NCBI GenBank assembly: GCA_000320545.1
Contig: ADNK01000556.1
Coordinates: forward strand, 1 to 41,789
Length of the DNA stretch: 41,789 nucleotides
Direction of reading: 5' to 3'
Source: Bigelowiella natans CCMP2755
Taxonomy: Eukaryota; Protista; Cercozoa
The notes under the pieces: model-generated
What the model was told of the DNA's origin: nothing
Seen by the model: only the letters and a program-made list of their open reading frames with translations
Databases searched by the model: none
Shown here: positions 26,685-37,142 of the stretch, one piece after another
Position numbering within the stretch: the stretch's first letter is position 1
Layout of the letters: each line of letters opens with the position of its first letter
Program-made: the position numbers and the translations under genes

Positions 26685-28224
26685 CAACGCTCTCGGACAA
26701 GTCCAGGAACGTTCTGCCCATCACAGCTCTCCTGATTTCTGCCAGGTGATCGAACTTGCGCGTGATGTCGCGGCAAAGAAGAAACTCGCGAAGGAGGAGG
26801 ATTTGTCAGTTGGCACAGGGTCTGTTCTCATTCATCCATGTGCTGCCATTGGATCAATTGTGAAACAAAGCAAATGAAAAGAGTGTGCATTCCTGCGGAT
26901 CGTCATTGATCCCCCGACCCAACTCTCCTCATGGGTGTGTTTGTGTGTTGCGTGTTGCACAGCTGGCAGCTTGGAGGAGTCCAGGGAGCCAACATCATCA
27001 GAGTCGTCCAAATGCCAACACAGGAAAATGGGCTGCAGGTTTTCCTGCCAGTGCATCACGCAATGACCATGACCTGATGTGCACGTTCGTTGTGTGTTCA
27101 CACTTGTGCACATGTCATGCATTTGCTGCATCATCAAGCTTCGTTTTGTCATTCTCCATGCTGTCTTGAAAATTTCATTTCGATCCATGCTCAAACATTG
27201 GCTAGAATGCCACTGCAAATGACGAATGAAGAGACAATCATCACCCAATCTAACTAGCCAGCTGTTGCATCCGCTGTGTGCACAGTGCAGAACGATGTGG
27301 CAGCGCGAGTGCAATTCCATGCAGCCATGCTGTGCCAACGACAATGCCTACATTTGGAATGCACAAACTTGCACATGTCATTGCCAAACTGCATTGCACT
27401 AGTGCAGGCCTTTTGCGATGCATGTGCTAGGGCAGGACAATGGACAAACAAACAACATTGCATCATGTCCATTGTCAAATGTGGTGCAACCAACTGCAGA
27501 CGACGTCACGACGCTACTCCCAAGCATGGAAAACATGCAGGGGCTCTCGACAACCATTGATGACATTGCAATGCCGTGCCTGTCAAACATGAAGCGAAAA
27601 GGACCCACTGCGCTTTGGTGGTTGCTTGATTGCACCTAGACACGTGGGCAATGCTAGCATGTTCCCCAACTAGCTCAATGCAATGCATTGCAGTCAGGAA
27701 CACTGAAAGCCCACGAATTTCCCTCTGGCTGTCCGCTTGCCTTCCATCCTGAAAGCATTTCTCCAGCACTCTCTGCCTCTAGCATTTCTGGGCGTGAAAA
27801 GCAACCACAGAGCGTCTCACCAAATGAAACTCCCATGCATCACCACGGACAGATGAAAAATGAAAATGCAAACCCAAACACACAAACCGTGACAAACAAA
27901 TGTGCAATGGTTGGCATTTCATTGTGCATGCACACATTCAACCATTTCCGTGAGCAAACACATGCACACACACACACGCACACCTAGATCCACACACGCA
28001 CGCACACACCTTGGCAGTGCGATGATGATTATGATGCAACTGATGCATGCTTGCACTTGCATTGCACAGGAGGAAGGGCTTCCCTTGGAGCTGCAATTTC
28101 GCTGTGATGTGCCTCCAAATGATTGCAGATGTTTGCAAATGCATCTTTGTTTCTTTGCACAGCCGCAGTTTTCCAATTGCACAGTGGAGATGAGGTGTCA
28201 ACACCACACACAAAAACCACACAT

Positions 28225-28262
<38 letters not shown>

Positions 28263-28454
28263 CGCACCTGTTCTGGGGTGACGACTTTCTTCAAGTTGCA
28301 GTGTTGGAGGATGATCGAATCTGTGCGCTGTGCAATGCCAACAATGTCGTCACGTCAGCCAAGTTCAGGAAATTTGCGACACTTGCAATGGTTGAGATGA
28401 TGCACGTGCAAAAGCGCACAGGAACACACAATGTGCATGCGCTCGCATAATTCA

Positions 28455-28487
<33 letters not shown>

Positions 28488-30753
28488 CAATTCTTGAACA
28501 ACCTCGAACATTGGGGCATCAATTTTGCCCCATGGTGGCTTCTCAATGATTTCTGGTGAACTTGACAGTCCCGTTGAGACTGTCCACAAGTTCGCCGATT
28601 TCTCAGTCTTGCCACAGTCGCCTCTCACCTTTTGTGTGTGTGTGTGTGTGTGTGCATGAACACTTGTTGTTTTTCGTGATGGTGTGTTTTGTGCTGTGCC
28701 GTGTCACTGATGTGTCATTTTTTGCGTTTTTCCTGTTTTGTTGTGTCGTTCAGCAAGCTTCCTTGTCATCTTGTCGGTTGCATTTGGAGTGGTGCTTGTG
28801 GGTGACAACAATGATGATGAGAGTGATGACTGCAATGGATGACGACAGTGATGATGATGCTGATGAAGGACAACGACGACAATTGTCTGATGATGACTCA
28901 AAAAAATGAATGATCCACATGGACAGTTGTTCGAATTGAGCATGGGTCTTCGACTGATTTCTGATCATGCATCGCACGTGACTGTCAGAATGCCATTCTT
29001 GAGTTTCAAGGTTCAATTGCACCAAAGTGTGCATCATGGATGGAACTCAGTGTTGGTGTCAGGTTGCTGAAGATGAAAACGACACTTTTGAATGTTTGAC
29101 ACTTTGTGATGTTGCATGTGCGTGTTGATGGAGGCAGGACAAAGTGTGAAAAATGTGAAACAAAAAGTGCAAAAAGTGAAAGTGTTTGGCAAAGTTTTTT
29201 GACAAATGGCAAAAACACTCATGCAACAAGTGAGGGGTGGTTTGAGGGCTGGGATGACAAAAGAGAAAAATGGTTGAAGACAGCGCAGATCAGTGGCACT
29301 GCCTCTCGCGCCCCCATCCCAGACCCAACCAGAGATCCAGGTGAGGCTTGACGCACCTGTGTTCAATTGATGGGAGTTGGAAAAATTCAAATTGTGTTTT
29401 GTGCACACTTTTTTGGGTGAAAAAAGTGATTTGTTTGGCAAAAATGTGCAAAAGACTTTCTGTGATTTGTTTGGCAAAAACACGTGAAAGACTTTTCACA
29501 CTTTTTGCCCAAAAAAATGTACAAAAAGACTTTTTGCATTTTTCACCAAACAAGTCATGAAAATGACATCACAACGTGACAAACTCCAAACGACGATCAC
29601 CGAATTTGCATCCCTTTTTTTCCCATTCGCCATGACGCATGGGAAACAAGGACGCAAATTCGGTGAATTGTTTGTTGGCAAAAAGTGTGCAAATGACTTT
29701 TTGCATTTTTTGCCAAACAAATCATGAAGACAATGTCACAATGTGACAAACTCCAAGTGACGATCACCGAATTTGCACTCCTTTTTTCACACTCGCCATG
29801 ACGCATGGGAAGTGTGGATGCAAATTCGGTGAATCACTTGTTGGCAAAAAACACACAAAAGACTTTTTGCATTTTTTCCAATTCATCCACGTGCATCAAA
29901 TCAAACTTGAATTTTTCCAACTCCCATCAATTGAACACAGGTGCGTCAAGCCTCACCTGGATCTCTGGTTGGGGTCCGGGATGGGGGCGCGAGAGGCAGT
30001 GCCACTGATCCACGCTGTCTTCAACCACTTTTCTCTTTTGTCATCCCAGCCCTCAAACTGCCCCTCACTCATTGCATGAACACTTTCACCATTTGTCAAA
30101 AAACTTTGTGAAACATTTTTGCTTTTTGCACTTTTTGTTTCACACTTTTTGCACTTTGTGCACTCTCCATGTCAATGCACACGTGCACACGTGCATGTGT
30201 GTGCATCATTTCCATTTTTTTCAACACTCAGATTTCAACATCGGTGAATGTGATGAAATCGAATGAACACCTTTTCTTTCACCTTCTTGTGTGCAAACTG
30301 AATGAAGCTTTGCCCAACATGCTTGTTCCTGAGATGGTTTGTGTCATCTTTTGCAAGGCAAATGTTCAGGTTTGGGGCAATCAAAGGTTCAGGGTTCGAA
30401 TTTGCGTGAGCACGTTTTCTGTGTGCTTGAAATGTTTGTGAAACCAATTTGTTGCATGCGCATCAAAAACATTGATGCGCATGTCGCATGACCAGTCAAG
30501 GTTTGTGGTGCTCTTCGAAAGTTTCTTCAGTGGTGTTTCCCTTTGCCAAAAATGTGTTCAATCTCATCGGTGTCAAGGGTGAGGGTTGCGGTTGTGGGGT
30601 CCACGTCAAGTTTTCTTTGCCAATTTTGAAACTTGTGATCCTTCACAATCCCGATGTGGGATTTCGCTCCGTTCATCCATGCCATTTTGTCACAACTGTC
30701 CTCACACGCATGCACATGCACACACGTGTGCGCGACAAGAAAATGACATTTTT
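26685..30753. other. TpA-depleted, TpG/CpA-enriched domain, interpreted as hypermutated
   Basis: About 15 TA dinucleotides counted by eye in ~4.07 kb, 9 of them in CTAG. None between 29523 and 30753. CpG is still present. Confidence 0.9.
29111..30190. mobile_element. Foldback/MITE-like element: ~280 bp inverted arms (29111-29392 and 29905-30190) around ~167 bp tandem units
   Basis: Arm cores are near-identical reverse complements (ccagagatccaggtgaggcttgacgcacctgtgttcaattgatgggagttggaaaaattcaa). The spacer has gactttttgcatttt at 29528, 29695 and 29861. Confidence 0.8.
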
Positions 30754-30960
30754 TAATTTTTTGCGGTTACGGGGACACGCTTCACGTGGAAGTGTACTTA
30801 CCGTCCGAAATGAGTGCCTAGATTCGGAGCCGAAATGCTTGTAGAGCTCTCGTTCTTTAAGAAAAATAAATTGGTTTTCAATCATCACATTGTGATTTAA
30901 AATTTAACCAAAAAAACGACTCAGACGATGTAATTCGACGTGCAATGCTTGTAATCTATG

Positions 30961-31106
30961 ATGCGTGATGTCTGGTTATCGGTGCAGTGCGTGGTATGTG
31001 ATGTCTTGTAGACGTTGGAGCGTAAAATGTCTGATATCTTATTGACGTCGAGGTTGTGTGTTATGTGATGTCTTTCCCATGTTAGAGCGTGTATCATGTG
31101 ATGTTT
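30961..31106 (+). repeat. Degenerate 33 bp-period array with conserved TGATGTCT core
   Basis: Cores at 30966, 30999, 31032, 31066 and 31099 (spacing 33, 33, 34, 33). Confidence 0.7.
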
Positions 31107-31268
31107 TTCAGTAACGTGTAACTGGTTGTATAATTGCTATTACCGTAGGTGTTGCCGTTACACCACCACTTGATGCCCTTTGCTCAGCTGCAGCTTTTGT
31201 GTCCACCAAGTAGACAGAGCCCAAGTAAAGATGCTCGTAACAGTACAAGAATAACTAATATATACATA

Positions 31269-31309
<41 letters not shown>

Positions 31310-31605
31310 GTACATATGTGTGTGTGTGTGTGTGTGTGTGTCATTTATTAGGATTAGGGTCGCGGTTAGTTTTGGAGTTAGGGCTGAGTTTAGGCATAAT
31401 TCTTGTCATATCAGCCTGATAATCTTGTCTATATTCAGCGTTGTCTACGTTTATGTACTAACTTGGCGAAATGTGAGTGCTTTTGGCGAACAGGTTGTGT
31501 CTCACCGCACATTCAAGAGGATCTTTTCCATCCCTATATATAGCCTTCGTTTTTGAAGACATAAGAGCATACTGGCCAAGTGCATCCTCACTGTGCACAA
31601 GTGCA

Positions 31606-31644
<39 letters not shown>

Positions 31645-32189
31645 ACTTCAGAACAGGACCAACAAAAACAAACTCGATTTGATGCATTTCATCAAATAGG
31701 AATTGTTTTGTTGACAGCTGAAATTTGACACACGCATGCGCACACACCCAACACATATTAACTTACATGTCCTTTTCCACACAAATTTCTGCTTCTTCAT
31801 TTGAGTAACAGTCAAGACACTCTAGAAATTGACCATCTAGCGGGTCTAGCGTTCCAAGATCGAAACCAAGATTCATTACCTGGTGAACATGATGCAGAAC
31901 AACATGCGAAAATCTTCGTCAGTTTCAATGATGCATCGGAGTTCATACATTTATGTGTGCCTAGAACAATGCCCCTACACACACATGCACACACACACAC
32001 ACACACACATGCACATCACCGATCTGCCCTTGAGTGTCGAATTCGATCGCACAACAGACCCTCTAACAACAGCCTTGTTAGATGCGATGGCATCAGAAGC
32101 CCCATATACCCAGATCTCCCGGGAAACGACGCGACGGCAATGAGTAGGACGAGGGGGTGCATCGTGGTGAACAACCAGGATTTAAACGT

Positions 32190-32810
32190 TTTGAACTTTT
32201 TTTGAATTTTTGAATTTTTTTTGAAATGTGTTTCTCTCAATCAGAAGTGCGAATGAATCTGACATTTCTGGCCATTTTCTTTGGGTCCAAGTTCGTACGA
32301 AATCAGGAAATTCGCCTGCAGGCGATGCAGGTGAGTAGCAGCATTTTTTTTTTTTTTCGCATTTTGTGTTTGGTCTGCTAGTCTGTCGGCAAAAGATCCA
32401 CGTGTTGTTGTGTTTGCTCATCACCCAAGCTGGGTTCCTGGGTTTGCATGCATCCCGACGCAGCTGGTGCTCTGATGTCGCAGCAAGGGAACGGAACGGG
32501 GCACAGGTCCCACGGACCAAGGGGGTTTCACTCCCCGGGTTTTGGTCCGCACCATGCTCGTCGGCGGTTTTGCCCGGTCGATTTGTTGAAATCTGGAAAT
32601 GATCGTTGCGATCAATCCACACACGTGCAATGTGACATGCACATCACGTGTGCCACAGTGCAGCACTGTGTCTGTGGTGTCCGATCCGTCTCGCATGTCT
32701 GCATGCTAGCATGCGTGCACGACGCATGCATCGTGTCTACCATTGTGTGCCAGCTAGATGTGCACACAATGACAGGATCGAGCTCGTAGAGGCTAGCTGT
32801 TTCCAGCTAG
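32190..32810. other. Second TpA-poor patch
   Basis: Only a handful of TA, mostly ctag, plus gtag, ctac and gtac. Rich in TG/CA. Confidence 0.7.
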
Positions 32811-33089
32811 TCACCTACTTGTTACATTTTTGCAGCTCATGATGTTGTATGTAGCACTACAACTGTAGCACATCGACTTCAAGGTGGCGCGGTGAGGGCG
32901 GCGTGTCGTGGCGCAAGCGTATATCGCACTTGGACCAATGCGCTCGTGACGTACGACCGAGGCTAGTACTGTGTTACTGTCACGTACACACACCGGACTA
33001 ATGAAACATCTAGACATTAACTGATAAGTGTCACTACCTGCGAAATGTACCACCAACTATGGAATTCGAGTGGATATTAACTGTAACAT

Positions 33090-34693
33090 TTAAAACGCTG
33101 ATGCAGGCATTGCAACGAGTATATCATTGACTTCCTTCTTTGAGCACACGCGAAATTTCTGGTTTGCGGTGGTGATCTCGGCCATCTCAACATTCGTGTC
33201 GTTGATTTTCTCCTCCATCACTTGCTTTAAAATTTGTAAAGCTAGCTTCTTAGCCTCAGCCAACGTCATTGACTAATAAAAACATATTTGTTATTCATTT
33301 GTTTTTGGGAATGCCCAAGCAAGCTGCATATTCCGTGTGACGGTAACCTTATTGTAGTGATCTTTGAGGGAAGTCTGAGCGCCCTCGGACCCTGCTCCGA
33401 TTGCCTTCGCAGAAAATTTGGTGAAAAGACCTGAAGGGTCTGTGTGGTAAAGAGCTGGGCCTTTCTCATCTACTCCAACGACGAGAAGCGCTACACCAAA
33501 AGGTCTTGCCTGGTGGAAGAAATCTTTTTATTAGATATTTTGATGTACAATTCTTGGCACCATCTAAACAGGTTTGGCGAGTGCACGAACCATGACGCAA
33601 CATAATATTTCTTTTTTTCCGTTTGGTAATATTTTTTCAAGATTTCTTCGCGTACATACCATCTGGCCGCCTCCGAAATCGAGCGCTAGGTCACATATTG
33701 ATTGAACACAGGATCGCACTGGGATTTTCTCATCGTAAGAGAACCAAAAATTCTGATTACCAAACCAAACAAATAGTTTGGACAGTCAAATAAGATGGTC
33801 TAATATTCAAATTGTATCCCCTACGGTACAATTGAAAATACCCCAACAGTAAAATTTGTAAGAATGTACACATATGCATACATATATGCACAATCACAAT
33901 GCATACGGTGTAATGATACAAATGCTTAAAGGTATATTTGATAAATAGTGGTCTCTTATATGAACTCCATTTAGAATGCTATTTATTAGTGGCAGACCTG
34001 TGTCTCGACCCGAGCATGGTCCACTAATGTACGCGCATCAGCCACAATTCCACTCATAGCACAGCCAATATCTTTAGATAATTTGAATAAATAGCCATAG
34101 GTGAGCTCAGTTTTTCCTCATTAAGAATCAATTTTATTTTAGCTGACTCCTGTCCCCTAATCCTAAACCCTCAATCTTCGTAAGCAGTTATTACGTCCGT
34201 CCAGTTTCATGATTTTCTTTACACTCGTGGGCTCCAGAAGTTTCGACTCAAGGCGTTTTTCTACTGCCAGCACAACACCTTCCGAGGTTTGAATCCCGAT
34301 AGCCGTCGTCCCAAGCTGAAGAGAGTCGCCAAAATAAAAACGAGTTAGAATCTTAGTTTCATTGGTGCTTCAGAGCTTCAGAGCTTCAAAGATCTGCCGC
34401 TTTTTCAATACCTTGATGGCTCCTTGAGCATACTCTACTTGGAACAATCTTCCTTGCGGCGAAAATGTATTAACTCCACTATCGTATTCCGACCTGTGAG
34501 ATACAAAGCATCAACCAATCAATTTTCTTCCTTTCGGCCTTCGCTAAATGATGAAGATATCTAGAAATTATGAAGCGAGTCCAACATGCGTAAGCATTAA
34601 AAACACAATAACAATTTTGTAGTTCCCCATCCCAAATGTCTACCACGCATCGTGTAATGATAAAAGGAAGGGGGGAGACCTTGTGAGGAACAT
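33090..34693 (-). CDS. PSMA5: 20S proteasome subunit alpha type-5, multi-exon
   Basis: MFLTR|[27 protein letters not shown]|[21 protein letters not shown]...|[24 protein letters not shown]|...|RPFGVALL...LYHTDPSG...[12 protein letters not shown]...|[23 protein letters not shown]. Confidence 0.96.
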
Positions 34694-35099
34694 ATTCACT
34701 AGATACAAAGTTTGGATATTGGCCATCAAACTTGGAAACCAACAAAATGATAAAGAGCCTAGATTATTCTACTACGACAATAAAATTTAAATACATTATG
34801 ATTGAAATCAAACGTCACAATGAGAGCGATGACCAGAATCAATCTCAATTGCTACGGTTGTGCGCAACTTCAGTTCTTTTCCAGCCAATTGCCAGAAAGT
34901 AGAAATTCGTGAGGCAGTCACAGAACCAAGTTTTTCCTTTAAGAGACAACACATTAATATTGTCGCATAACTTTTTGGTCGAAAAATTCGTTCATTTTGA
35001 CACTTCCTCCCTCTGGATTCCACTCCTGGAATGCAAGATGTCAGATGTCCTCAAAAAGCATATCGCGACAACAGTTAATCGGCTGAATCATAAGTCTCA

Positions 35100-36110
35100 T
35101 ACCGCTCCACGAACCTGACTCCCGATTCCCCCATTTTGGAGACGCAGATCTAGTCAAGTTTCTTTCTTTTCCCATGACTAGGTGGTGGTCTTGTCGATTT
35201 CATTCATTTCCCCCAGAATGAATGAGTGAATAAAATGATTCCAATGGTGCAACAAATCATTTGCACCGTTGGGATGACTTTGTTTGTCCACCTGCTCCAC
35301 TGAGCCCTTGGTGCACGTTCCCTGGTCTCACTCTCGTCGCTCACGCTGGCACGTGCATGCCTTTGGTCTTTCTGCGCAGTGCTTCGTTCCTTGCGACCGA
35401 CGAGGGACACGCGTGTCATTGCAACACCTTCACTGCTCTGGTGCTTGCAATGTTGCAAAATTGGACCTCGCAAACTTTTTGCCCGTGGCTTTCGTGCTTT
35501 TTGTGCACAGAGCAGACAAAAAGCCTCGCGTTTGCAATTATCGTTGATCATGCTGCACGTGCAAATTCGCCTTGTCTAGTGATGCCAATCCACAGCATGC
35601 AGTGGTCGACGTTTTTTTGACATTGACACGCTAGCACGGTGCGCTGCGATGGGTCCTGTGGGGTCACATGCACACCTGCACAATTGCTGACACAGGCCGG
35701 CTGTCTAGCTGTGCTGGGGTGATGATAGACATGCAATATATTATGTATATATTATACATATTATATTGCTGTGGCGTGTGTTTGGTCACTGCGTGAGGAG
35801 AGAAAATGAGCGACGCTTGCTGCAGGCGTGCTAGCGTGGTCTGAACAGCGGTTGTCTCGGGAACAGAGAAATTGACATTGCACGTGCACTTGTCTGGTTG
35901 CATCTGCCCAATTAGAACAGCGCTGCTCAGGCTGAGCACTAGCGCACATCGCAGCGCAGACATTCCGCATCAGCAGTGATGACCTTTCAGATCTTTTCAA
36001 TCATCAAAATGCGCCACAAAAAACGGACCGCATGTCTAGCTGTGAACATGCGCTGTTTGGCAAATGCATGACTCTCAGATGCACACGCATGAAGGCTGTC
36101 AATGCTGTGT
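35100..36110. other. Third TpA-poor patch, intergenic
   Basis: Most remaining TA are CTAG (about 8), apart from an AT palindrome at 35733-35769 and a few singles. Confidence 0.75.
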
Positions 36111-36289
36111 GCGGCCACGTTCCTCTGGAGGTTGTCGATCATTCACCAATCATCCCTCGAAGATATTCTTCCTCTCCACCATTGTGATCTGTCGAATGTC
36201 ATGGTGCTCAGCAAGGATGAAAATGCACTGATGCAGGAGCAGAAAGACACACATCTACCCTTGGCACCTTCCATTGCCACACATCAAGC

Positions 36290-36525
36290 GTGAATCGAAT
36301 CCATGTAAATCTCTGAACCCAACCTCTTACTCAACACTAAAACCACTGCAAGTACATTACCACCTTCTTCAAATCTATTCTCCTGATGTTGAGCGTTCTT
36401 GTCGTCCAAGTTAACCTCAGTAACTAATGACAATGATGAGACGCATAGTAGTAAGAAATGCAATCTCTACGGTTTCCCATGTATATACAAACACACACTT
36501 GCATTATATTTGTGTGTGTGCTTGC

Positions 36526-36562
<37 letters not shown>

Positions 36563-37101
36563 ATGCAGAGCTCCCTTCAAGATAAACGAGTTTAGAACAC
36601 TTTATTGATAAAAAGCTTTGCGAAACAGGAAGGACCTTTCCCTTCCTCAGGCATATCTTGCAGTTTCTGTTCCATAGTTTCTCTGTTAGGATTTTCCGCC
36701 TCCTTTTTTCCGACGACCTGTAATTATTAGTAATGTATAAAATGTTGCTGAGACTACCAACCTAGCCAGTATCAAAACGGCGTCACCCATTCCGATCTTA
36801 TCCATGTATGTGTGGGCATTATTTTTGTATAATCTCTCTCTTTCTGACTTTCGATCCATCATTCTCCATCAAACTTTTCAGTCGTGCTTCCACGTCTTCG
36901 ACTCCCCCTCTATTATTAGCGAAGCGCGATGACAACAACGGGGATAAGCAACAAGGGTGACTATGATTCGACTGTTTATGATTGGCTCTAGTTAGGTCAA
37001 TCATCTCCAGTGATCGGTGGTGGGCATCATGGACCGTAAGACGTAAGGGAAGAGACATAGTTAGCAACAGATATACTACACACACACACACACACGCACA
37101 C

Positions 37102-37142
<41 letters not shown>

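Larger units (their letters stand above)
27690..32170 (-). pseudogene. Multi-exon gene of unknown function, 3' part apparently hypermutated and interrupted by a foldback element
   Basis: Exon-like blocks between microsatellite introns: KQFLFDEMHQIEFVFVGPVLK (~31645-31710), DALGQYALMSSKTKAIYRDGKDPLECA (~31506-31586), DSCDKMAWMNGAKSHIGIVKDHKFQNW (~30622-30700), ETPLKKLSKSTTNLDW, DDTNHLRNKHVGQSFIQFAHKKVKEK, VRGDCGKTEKSANLW...WGKIDAPMFE, RTDSIILQHCNLKKVVTPEQ, MHLQTSAIIWRHITAKLQLQGKPFLLCN. Confidence 0.55.

Noticed and set aside
26685-30753. CpG deamination or classical RIP as the cause of the TG/CA excess
   Set aside because: CpG persists and is shared between repeat copies while TA is missing. 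RIP would raise TA. Not fully excluded for individual sites.
26300-30850. Many overlapping Cys/His-rich ORFs as real zinc-finger or metal-binding genes
   Set aside because: Expected artefact of losing TAA/TAG stops and Tyr codons, plus (CA)n repeats.
30961-31106. CRISPR-like repeat-spacer array
   Set aside because: The core is only 8-11 bp, spacers resemble each other, there are no cas genes, and the context is eukaryotic.
31880-31950. YELRCIIETDEDFRMLFCIMFTR as a MULE transposase fragment
   Set aside because: Only a vague resemblance, with no DDE or SWIM motif found and no terminal inverted repeats identified around the 26-33 kb block.
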